A stretch of DNA of 59,589 bases, filler included, from Pirum gemmata (taxonomy: Eukaryota): assembly GCA_002812295.1 (NCBI GenBank). It is 10 parts of 10 records of this genome, joined end to end, with 100 filler letters (N's around TTAATTAATTAA, not from the genome) between each part and the next. Parts side by side here need not be neighbours in the genome. Positions count along the whole stretch, not along the records: positions 27,382 to 37,788 come from PDIN01000584.1; positions 37,889 to 43,261 come from PDIN01000585.1; 8 more parts are not named here. The stretch is one strand, 5' to 3'. The notes below the pieces were generated by a model. The model was not told the DNA's origin, did not search any database, and saw only the letters and a list, made by a program, of their open reading frames with translations. A program made the translations under genes and the position numbers. Positions 27,416 through 38,402 of the stretch are shown piece after piece (within the stretch, counting starts at the first letter, position 1; each line of letters begins with the position of its first letter).

Positions 27416-28073
27416 TAGCTCTAGTTGCTATAGATTGACCAATCCCATTAGTAATTCTAAAACCCACCTCCGTGCTAATTATTTTTTAACCTATGATAAT
27501 TCCATAATTATCTTAAAATTTATAATATCAATTTTATCATTTATATGTTATAATTATTATTATCATTATTATTATCATTTTATGATCAGATATTATGTAC
27601 TGTAATGCGTGTGTGTGTGTGTGTGTGTACTTGAACTGATATATGTGTGTGTATTTGTACTTTTAAATTTATGTGTGTGTGTACTTGTACTTATAAATAT
27701 GTGTATATGTTGGTGTACGCGTGGGTGTACGTGTACGCGTGAGGGGGTCTGGGTGGGTGTGTTTGTGTGGGTGTGGGTGTCTAGGTACATGTATGTATTT
27801 TATTATAACGTAGTATAATTATAATAACAGTAATTATAGTAATCGGTAATAAATTCAGGGATCCTGAATTATGTCAGCAGTGCGCTTTGTCCAGCTTAGT
27901 CTTTATTATAACAGATCCATATAACTAATAGTGTTAAAATTTTGTATTTTATAATATTATTAATTACTTTTTTTTTTTTTTTTTTTATGTATACCTATAG
28001 CTAGTTTTCGCACATCGTTCTCAGTTAAGTACCTCCGATACATATATATATATATATAATATACCAATTTATA

Positions 28074-29597
28074 TTATCTTTGACGTATAGTTGATGCTGT
28101 TGCTGTTGTTGTCGTTTTGAGTCCTTGTTTCTGATATGGCTGCTTGTTTTGAAATTGTGGTTGTACTGATACTGTTTGCGTTTGTTGGGGTATTGTTTTG
28201 TTTTGTTGTTGCATTTGTAAAAACTGTAACATTTGCATTTGCATATGGGGTTGCTGGGCCCTCAACTGTAGCAATTGCAATTCTAATTGCATTTTCTGAG
28301 TTTCTAATTGTAATAGTTGTATTTTTTTATCAACATCGATGGTTTCTTGACCTTTCTTTTTTTGTTGCTGATGATAGGGAGGTAATTTATGTTGTTGATT
28401 TACATGAGTTGAATTTGATTTTGATTGTTGACTTTGTTGTTGTTGTTGTTGTTGTTGTTGTGGCTGTGGTCGTGGCTGTGGATGTGGATGTGGATGTGGA
28501 TGTGCTTGTGCTTTTGACCGTGGTTGTTCTTTTGTGTTTGGTTGTGTTTGTGTTTGTGTTTGTGTTTGTGTTTGTGTTTGTGTTTGTGTTTGTGTTTGTG
28601 TTTGTGTCTGCTTTCCAGTTGCTGTTGTTGGGTTTGACTTTCCTTCAAACATTGTGCTTAAAGCTAATAATAATTTCGCAAATATCCGCATATCAGTTTT
28701 ATTTTCTAACGAGAATGTTAACGACTTTTGCTTGTACATCCCTTTGACATTCACTTTATTAGTCTTTTCACATACCATTATTGAACCTTCTTCTGCATTA
28801 AAGTTTGGTGGGAATAGAAAATCGAAATCATAAGAATTTTCTGTACTTATTTTACTATTCCGTTTAATATAATAAATACTTTTGCTAGTGATTATATTAT
28901 AATGGCCAGAACGTTTTCCACAGGGTGCAATAAATAATAAACTTTCAAAATGTTGTATTTTTTCCAGACCCCAAGCTATATTTTCTATTTCCCCATATGG
29001 ATTCGCTTTGTAATTTAAAATCAGCTCTGCATAGTTTGCTGTAGATAGCGATTGTGTTATAACTGTTGTACTTGTTGGACGTACGACTTGTGAATGCGAC
29101 CGGTTACGTGCATGGCATTGTTGTGATAAATTTTGTGATAGTGACCTTTCTTGATTTTGTTGGCTTACTTTTGGTTCTGGTTCACGTTTTGTTTGCTGCA
29201 AAGAAAGCAGTATTTTAACCAAAGGTAGTATTTCATTTACACCCACGCTGAATTTATAAAGTCGGTCTGTATACACTCCTCTAATGATAACTTTATTACG
29301 CTTCTCGTTAATAATAAGATTAGTTTCTGATCCAGTCTTTACTGGTGGTAATAGAAATTCAATATCGTAAGAATTTTCCACTGTAATAGTTTTACTACTC
29401 TTTTTTATGAAATAAATTGAATGATCTGTTATTAAATAGTATTCGTTGCTTTTTTCACTAGAGCACGTGACCAAGAGTATATTTTCATGGTTAGGAAGTA
29501 TAGTTTTTGCCCATTGTAAATTTTCGCTTTTTCCGTAAGGTTGATTTTTGTAGTATGATATACATTGGGGAAAATTCAATGCAGATTCAATAGACAT
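28074..29597 (-). CDS. 507-aa hypothetical protein: two tandem ~125-aa homologous domains plus QT/HP/Q-rich tail with coiled coil
   Basis: Intact intronless ORF; repeats YKNQPYG..ENLQW..ENILL..YYLIT..SIYFIK..ENSYDIEFLLPP and YKANPYG..ENIAW..ESLLF..YNIIT..SIYYIK..ENSYDFDFLFPP. Confidence 0.85.
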   Translation of the reverse strand: MSIESALNFPQCISYYKNQPYGKSENLQWAKTILPNHENILLVTCSSEKSNEYYLITDHSIYFIKKSSKTITVENSYDIEFLLPPVKTGSETNLIINEKRNKVIIRGVYTDRLYKFSVGVNEILPLVKILLSLQQTKREPEPKVSQQNQERSLSQNLSQQCHARNRSHSQVVRPTSTTVITQSLSTANYAELILNYKANPYGEIENIAWGLEKIQHFESLLFIAPCGKRSGHYNIITSKSIYYIKRNSKISTENSYDFDFLFPPNFNAEEGSIMVCEKTNKVNVKGMYKQKSLTFSLENKTDMRIFAKLLLALSTMFEGKSNPTTATGKQTQTQTQTQTQTQTQTQTQTQTQPNTKEQPRSKAQAHPHPHPHPQPRPQPQQQQQQQQQSQQSKSNSTHVNQQHKLPPYHQQQKKKGQETIDVDKKIQLLQLETQKMQLELQLLQLRAQQPHMQMQMLQFLQMQQQNKTIPQQTQTVSVQPQFQNKQPYQKQGLKTTTTATASTIRQR

Positions 29598-30931
29598 AAT
29601 TGATAATTATGGCAAAACAAATTGTTTTTTTTGTTAATTTAATGAAATAATAAAGAAATAAAATAAAATAAAATAAAATAAAATAAAATAAAATAAAAAC
29701 AAAAACAAGCGTTTTCTTCTATTTTTATTTTTATTTTTTATTTTTATTTTTTTGCAAAACTGCATATTTGTCTATTTATATACACATACTGAAAATGCAT
29801 TGCTATTATTTAATTTGCTAAGTTGTAACAATCCAAATTATTATTTTAAAAAACTGGCCATTGGTTCATAATACTTTCATAATAGAGTTTTCTTAGTTAG
29901 ACAATTTCTGAAATTTTGATAGCCAAGGAGGATAAGACAGATAAGAGACAGTGATAAGACTGTATAGAAATTATTTTTTTAGACTTCATTTTTAAAAACC
30001 TTTAATTTTAACTAGCCAAATTATTTTTAAAAACTGGCCATTGGTTCATAATAGAGTTTTCTTAGTTGGATGATTTTTTTTTTAAAAAATTAAAGTTGGA
30101 GCATTTTGAGATTTTTTGGATTTTTGAGCTCATAGACCCCTCTACACCGGATTATTTTTATCTAAAAAAAAAAGACTCTAGTAACTACTCTAGTAGACTA
30201 ATAAGGTATTTTTTAAACCTGTATTTAGATTTTTTTTGGGGGATCCGGATCCGATGGGGCCGATGGGGCAACAAATTAGTAAGCCAAATTAGTGAAAATG
30301 GGAATAAAACAATAAACGGTAAGGGTCTTTAGAAATATCACTAAGAGCAAGGAGTTCAACTCCTTGCTCAGAGAAATATCACAAGTATCATAGTAGTTAC
30401 TATCAGTTTACTATCATAGTAATACCATAACCTTTCTATATTCACCACCCCACTCAGCACCAACTAGTCTACGGGGGTTCAATGAAAAATGTCTGATGAA
30501 TGAAATCTTCTGATGAAATCACAGCCTTAGCTAGCTAGCTACTAGTAGCTAGAATCAAGACAAGTTTAGGTTAGTGGTTTCTGAAGTAGGTAGCTAGTAG
30601 GTGGCCGTGATGAAATCTTGTTGAAATCATGAAAACTTTTCGCTGCATAGAAAGACGGTTAGGAAAGTGTTATCATAGAAAGAAAGTTTATCGATAGTTC
30701 CCTTGTTGAAATGGAGTAATAAATGGTATTATAATTTATAGCCATCATTATTAGCTTTTGGTATAGTCTACTAACTTACACATAATTATATTAGACTGGA
30801 GAAATTTTCGAATCAATATTCTTTTGCATGAATTCTCATGCGTGTGGTGAAAGGTAGGTGAAAGGTACCTGTCCGACCTGTCCGACCTAAGCTAGCTAGC
30901 TACTGCTAACTAGCTAGCTAGGACAGGGAAT

Positions 30932-31012
30932 CAGGGGTGTCAAACCCGACCATTTTTGGCTCATTTTCCCTACGGACCGAACCGACCATTTTTTCACCCC
31001 GACCGACTTTGG
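30932..31012 (+). mobile_element. Possible hAT-type transposon end
   Basis: CAGGGGTGTCAAAC terminus, typical of hAT TIRs, followed by repeated CCGAC(C) subterminal words; partner end not found. Confidence 0.4.
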
Positions 31013-31716
31013 CCTCCTTCTCCCCTACTACTAGCTAGTAGTCCTTCTCCCTGCTCCTACTACTAGCTAGCTAGCCCTAGCTAGCTATGATAGTATTGAT
31101 AGTTAGGTCTAGCCTAGCTAGCTAGTAGTCTAGGTAGCAACAGCAGCTACTAGACAGCAGCTACTAGCTAGCTAGCCAGCTACTACAGGTATCTGATAAA
31201 GAAAAAAAGGAGAAAACATTTTAAAAACGTCCTGCTTTTTTTACTAATTAAAGTTCCATTTTTTTTTTTTTTTTCATGTTTCAAAATTTCAAACCTATTA
31301 AATACCTTTTACACTACTTATATTTGAAAACTGGAAATTCTGGTGAAACGCAAAAGTGGGACGTTTTTTAATTGCTTGCACCATATATAATATGTAATAA
31401 CCTGATAAAATGTATTGTAAAACTATCGTAAAATTATATAGGTCTATAAAATGAAAAATGAAACCCAAAAAAAGATAAAAAAATGGGAATAAAAAAATAT
31501 ATATACATCGTATATACTAAAGTCGTAAATATAAAGTAATAAAAAAAATAACAGGAAAATTGATCTTTTTTTCATCAAGTTGTTTTCAACATAATTGTTT
31601 TTTATTTCACTTTATGTAATAATTCTTTTTCAGCGTATTAAATATTGTATTATCATTGTTTTTTTTATATTGTGTTGTTTTTTTTTTGTTTTTTTTTTGT
31701 TCATTTTGTTCAAAAG

Positions 31717-32701
31717 ATGTTTCGGTTTTGTTCAAGATCTTTAAGGCAATACTCTGTCAAAAATTTCTCTTCAAGGTTTCATTACATTAGTCCCGCCCGA
31801 GTAAATCATTTAAAAACCATCAAGAGTGATTTCAATCAAAGCGCACTTACATCAAAATATTTTTATCATACGTCAAGAGTTCTGAAAAATAAAGATGATG
31901 AAATTTCAAATAAAAAATGCCAACACTGTGGAAAAGCGTCCATGGATAGTAATTATGTTTATTAATTTTTTGTTTTTATTTGGGGTTTGCTTTATACTTG
32001 CTGTTTCTTGTTTTTAACTACTTTCGTTAACCCCTTTTTGTTTTTGCTGTTGTTTCTTTTCAATCTCTGTCACCCTATATTATATATATATATATATATA
32101 TATACAATTGCCGAAAAGCCCAATAACCCAAGATTATTAGCATTAAATAAAATAATAATTTCATACTATGCCTAAAATATAAGCTTTGGTAATAGTATTA
32201 ATTTTTGTTTCTTTTGTTAATTTATTTTTTCGGTTTATTGTGTTTCTAGAACTTACGAAAGGGTTTTATGTGTGTAATCAGTGTAGTAATATTGTTCAAA
32301 TAGATCCAGCAGAGCAGGAAAAAGAAGATAATTTAGTTAAAGAAAGAATTCAATATACGGAAACTTTGTCAAAACGGGTATGTTTATTATTTCTACCGCA
32401 ATTAATTTTAATATCAACAATAATAAGAATTTCTCAATTTAAATAATCTTAATAATCTTAAATAGAACTACATTATCAAAAAAAAAGTTTATTTTGCTTC
32501 TTAATTCTTGATGGCATAAAATTCATTTTCGTATGTTTACTCTATTTATTTTGATATTAGTTGTATGATCATCTGGATCAAATTGTAGTTGGCCAAGAGA
32601 AAGCCAAGAAAACACTGTGCATTGCTGCTACTACACACTACCAAAATGCTTTTGGAACACTAAAAAAGAAAAGAACATATCCTGAGCAACAAATTATTAC
32701 A
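31717..32701 (+). CDS. CLPX: Mitochondrial ATP-dependent Clp protease ATP-binding subunit ClpX, 5' part (exons 31717-31948, 32250-32377, 32561-32701)
   Basis: Arg/Ser-rich transit peptide MFRFCSRSLRQY; C4 zinc finger CQHC...CNQC split by an intron; LYDHLDQIVVGQEKAKKTLCIAATTHY matches the ClpX LD.YV.GQ..AKK.L..A...HY motif; exon phases are consistent. Confidence 0.85.
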
Positions 32702-32727
32702 GTAAGTTTCATNAGTGTATGTTATAC

Positions 32728-32863
32728 ATTGTAGATTGTAGATTGTAGATTGTAGATTGTAGATTGTAGATTGTAGATTGTAGATTGTAGATTGTAGATT
32801 GTAGATTGTAGATTGTAGATTGTAGATTGTAGATTGTATATTGTATATTGTAGATTGTATATT
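32728..32863. repeat. (ATTGTAG)n heptamer satellite
   Basis: Direct reading; upstream of the PP1 exon, probably intronic. Confidence 0.9.
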
Positions 32864-33200
32864 GAGAGTCTATAGTATATATTGTATACTATGTATTGTT
32901 GTTTTTTCTTGATCTTTTTGTTGGTTAGGTACTTTGTTGTATATATTGCATTGTATATTGTATATGGTAGAGTGTTTGTGTTTAGTGCTCTACAAGTGTT
33001 ATCCTGGGTGTCTATGTAGTGAATTCTTTTTTTAAACTATTTGGGTTTTCTTTAGACTCTTTTGTTTTATTTATGCCATATTTACTTATTTCGGTTGTAC
33101 ATGCAAATATTTTGTTGGATTCTTCTTTTTTTAATGTAATTTTTGGAAAATAAAAAAAAAATTATTTTTCTGGTTTTTACTAATGATTTGTATTTATTAG

Positions 33201-33552
33201 ACCTACTGACGTTCCAGATACTGGATTGCTTTGTGATCTTTTGTGGTCGGATCCAGATCAAGATATAACTGGGTGGGGAGAAAACGATCGTGGTGTATCA
33301 TTTACCTTTGGCCCAGATGTAGTTCAAAAGTTTTTAGCGAAACATGACTTTGATCTTGTTTGTCGTGCTCACCAAGTAGTCGAAGATGGGTATGAATTTT
33401 TTGCTAAAAGGCAATTGGTTACCATTTTTTCTGCTCCAAACTATTGCGGTGAATTCGATAATGCTGGGGCTATGATGAGTGTTGATGAATCTTTAATGTG
33501 CTCTTTTCATATTCTTAAACCTACTGATAAGAAGAGTCTTGTGAAGAAATAG
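33201..33552 (+). CDS. PPP1C: Serine/threonine protein phosphatase PP1 catalytic subunit, last exon
   Basis: Acceptor TTATTAG at 33200, then [62 protein letters not shown]. Confidence 0.97.
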
Positions 33553-36500
33553 GAGTTTGAATTTCGTTCTTTTCTCATAAACGCTTTGTTTTTGTATATA
33601 TTCTACAAGGAGGGTATTGTATTATTTCCTTTTGACTGGTTGTATTAATTGTGAAGTCTTGAACTCGCCGCTCTTCCCTCTATTTTACCCTGCTTCATTT
33701 TAATCGTTTTTGTTTATTCATTTTATTTTAGTAATTTACTTTTCTTCATTATGCATGCTTTTCAGTGTTTTTTTTATTTATTCCGTTTTATTTTTTTAAT
33801 TAAATTATATTTTATTGTTATTATTATCTTATTTTTATTATGTCATTATTATTATGAAAGCTGTTGTTGTATTCGAAATACTATTTCGTAGTGCTGTGGA
33901 TACCATTAGCTTTTATACAATTTTATTGTCTTAATATATTATTTGAATCAAGTTTATTTGGGAATGATTTTTTAATTTTTTATCGCGTAAAAGGTTAGAT
34001 TACGTTCACTTTGCAATTATTTCAGTAACTAAAAAGATTTAAGTGATATTAGAAAAATTTAGAACTTTTGTTCTGGTGGAAGGGTAATATAGTTTGTGCA
34101 CTACAATTATTCTGTCTATTAATACAAAAGGAAGAGGAAAGGAGAAAGTAAAGAAAATGTGGGAGAAAAAAAAAAGTTAGGGCTGTCTTGGAAAGTCGGC
34201 TCATTAATTAAAATGTAAAGTGTGGTGTGCATTAGTGTGCTTAAATAGATATAGATATATTATATTATTTTATTAGTTAGTAATGGCAACAACTGCAAAC
34301 TGTTCAGGATTGGTTTCTTTTATCGGTTTTTGGTAAACTATATAGGTGTTTGGTTATTTTATTATTTCTTTTTGAAAGTTTTTTGAAATGTATACTTATG
34401 TAGTTATAATACCATAATTATGATATTGCTATTTTGTTATAATAGTTTTACAATGTATAATAGAGTACATAGTCGGGAACATTTTCCACACTAGTTTTTT
34501 AAAAAAATTTTAATTAGATTTTGTAAACAATTTCTGTAATGAAATATATTTATATAATTTTAGTTATTTGTGGGAATGTGGTGTGTGCACAAAAAAAAAA
34601 AAAAAAAAAAAAAAAAAAGAAAAAAAAATCAAGAAATAGGTAAAAAGGCAAAAAGCAAAACAAAAAACAAAAAGCAAAACAAAAAGCAAAACAAATATTA
34701 AAAAAACAGAAAAACAAAAAACAAAAAAACAAAAAAACAAAAACAAAAACAAAAATATAATCGAAAATAACCAACAAAATTAAAAAAAGACAAAACAAAA
34801 AACAAAAACAAAAAACAAAAAATAAAATCAAAAAACAAAAAATGGGGGGAATAGGAAACGTCTGGGAAATTTCAGATTTGTAAAGAAAAAAAGGGAAAAT
34901 AAATTATAAATATTTAATAAAAGAGTCCTGTTACGCCTTACGTATATAATCACAATATATATATATATATATATATAATTATGTGCCTACTACTACTACT
35001 AGGTGCATACTATATAATCTATATTGTATCATATATATATTATTATGATAGTACTTGCGCATTTAAGCATTGAAACGACATAAAATGTATTTTTTATGGG
35101 TGATAATATACTGATAATTATGTCTTTCATATTAATATAATTGTATTATACACTACATTTATATATAACACATGTAAGTTTTATTATATATCATATAAAG
35201 AAAAAAAAACCCCACCAACACTCCAGCAAAAAACCTACTCAAAAAAACAATAGTGGCAAACCATTTTAATTACGGTGATTTTAGATAATATTATATTGGA
35301 TAACATATATAATGAGTATATTATACAAAATAAAAAACACAAAAAAATTTAAAACAATAAAAACTACCACAAGGTTTGAGACCTCAAAAGATAAAAGGTT
35401 AGCAACATAGCAAAAGCTTTAAAATTAAAAAGCTCTTGAGGTTTAAGAATAAGGGAAAAAGTCTTTGAAACCCCTTCTAAACTAGGAACCTAAAGGTATC
35501 GATCGATCTATCAATATTTTTAAAAAAATAGCGACCTGATGTACTCTGATAAATAACAAAGACCTCCAGGAAATCTTTGTGTTCTTTGATATAATATTAT
35601 AATTGATAGTCTTTAGAAATGTAAAAGATATACTAGCTAGCTACTAGCTCTCTACTATCGTGTTTTCAATAGTGTTGTCCAGTTCAAAAACTGAAATAAA
35701 CGTACCAAATTATTATTAAGGTTAAACTATCAGACATGATTTAATTAATTTGGTATTTTATACTAAATGTTGTATTTTATAAACAAGTTCAATTATACAC
35801 TTAATAAGCAGTACCAGATTAAAGATTGAGAGGACAACTGTAATGAAATAGACGATACATCGTATGATATAATAAAAAAAATAAAAAATAAATTCAGAAA
35901 ATAAATTATAAAACAATACAAATATATATGATTATGAGTCTATTACATAATAAAAAATAAATAAAGTAAAAAATTATTTATATTATAATATATTAAATTT
36001 TATATAATACTTTAGTGAAGTTTAGTCCCTATGTATACATAATAATAGACTATTACAAAAACTTTATTATCAGTAAAAATATCATGCAATTAGACTTGGT
36101 CTATTATCGATAGACTAGATAAAAAAATTTAATTAAAAAAAAAGGGGGGGGGTTTCCTCAGGGGTTTTCCTTAGCTCTCTACTATGATATCAGCTACTAA
36201 CTAGAGCTACTACTAGCTAGGAGCTAGCTACTCCTATGATATCATAGGATATTATAAGTTATGTTATAGCGCTTTTCATTTATTTTGTCACTCCGAATAT
36301 TTATTTGGTTGGTGTTGTTAAATGCTGTTAAAAATGAATCTGGCTATCAGATAATATTATGATTCAGATATATAGACTACACAGCTAGATCGTGTTTTGA
36401 CCAGTGTTTTTAAAAACCTAAGTGTAAAAACTGAAATAAACTTACCAAATTATACTTCAAGTAAAATTATTAGACACGTTTTATTGATTTGGTATTTTAT

Positions 36501-36945
36501 AATTGATAAATAAGTTCAATTATACATTTAAATACTACCAAATTAAATATTGAGAGGACAGGACAACTGTAATGAAATAGACAAACAAACCCACAACTTA
36601 CACCACCCATCTCCTCTAGCTACTAGCTAGCTAACTATATTATCATAGCTAGCTAGTAATAGCTATCACGATAGTAGCTACTATATAAGGGAGAATTCAA
36701 ATAATACGTCACGTCAAGGGGTAGATAGGTAGGTAGTATTTGACCAGAAATTAACGTCGAGGGGTAGGTAGGTAGGGGTATTTGAAGCTTTATCTGACCA
36801 GAAGTTGGCGTTACGTAGTATTTGGACCTAGCTATTTGAACAGTGAACCTCTTTGCCAGACCTCCAGACCTCAGTCCTTCTTTGGTCTACGCTGATTTTC
36901 CCACTTTATTTAGACTATTATTAGTCATTTTTTTTTAAAAAATTT

Positions 36946-37008
<63 letters not shown>

Positions 37009-38402
37009 TTTTACATAGTGCATAGTCTAATTAAAAAAAATTAAAAAAATCAAAAGGTTCACCAATTAAAAACACTTTAAAACCCATTTGATTAGGTAGN
37101 NNNNNNNNNNNNGTCATTGCACAATGACAAAAAAAGTTTTACTTTGACAAACTTTTCGGGAAATGAGAATGAATGACACGATCAGCTCACTGCATAATAT
37201 TGACGTAATTTCCTTTCATTTGATATTTTTCGTCTCAATTGCGTAATTAAAAGTGTTAATACGACCACGTTGGATTTGAGATAAAACGTCATTGCATAAT
37301 GACGCTGTCAATGCGCAATGACGTGCTAGCCACTCGACTAGCTAGCTAGCTAGATTGCACTGGTAGGTCTACTAGCTAGCTAGTTAGTAGTCTAGCTACT
37401 CTAGCTAGCTAGGTCCTGTCTAACCACTGTGTCTAACCAGCTTATAGAACCAGCTTATGTTTATCTTCTATTTCTACAGCGCTTTTCATTTATTTTGTCA
37501 CTCCGAATATTTATTTGGCTGGTTATAATTTTTTAATTAACATTGTTAAAAATGAATAAATGGATAATAAAATATACAAAATATACAAAATTAAATGAAA
37601 TGGATTTGTATTGTATTAATCTGGTACTCTTTATTTTACATTTTATGATGACAAAATAACTGAAAAGCACGATAGTAGCGTCTATTTCATTACAGTTGTC
37701 CTCTCAATCTTTAATTTGGTACTGTTTATAAAATAAAACATTAAATATAAAATACCAAATTGAACTTTGACCTAGACCCCTGACCTAGNNNNNNNNNNNN
37801 NNNNNNNNNNNNNNNNNNNNNNNNNNNNNNNNTTAATTAATTAANNNNNNNNNNNNNNNNNNNNNNNNNNNNNNNNNNNNNNNNNNNNTACTGCTAGCCC
37901 TTAACCCCTAACCCTTTACATAATAATATGTCATATACAGAAAAAAAAAAAAAAATACTCGTTTACCTTTATTATTATTTTTTAATTTTAAAAACTTATT
38001 TTCCGATTAACAGTTAAAAAAGGACATTTCCTAATTACTAACTTATAATAGAATATTTGTACTACACTGTCCGAGATGTAGAAGCATTAAAATAAATAAA
38101 TAAAAAAAAGAAAAATTAAATTTAGAAATAATTTATTATTATTAAAAAACTACATTATATAGTGGCAAAACTATGAGGGGTATCAACTAGTCTGTGAAAA
38201 GTTTTAACTACTACTACCTTGTTATAATTACAACTGTATATATCCTAAAATATTAAGTGCTATTCAATTAATTTGATTTTTCTACAAGTTTTAACTACAG
38301 ACTACGTTGATGCTACTACTGCTATTTAAAATATTAAAAACATACTATCTTGATGATACCACTGCTATTTAATATTTAATCATTTATTAATGAGTATTCA
38401 CA

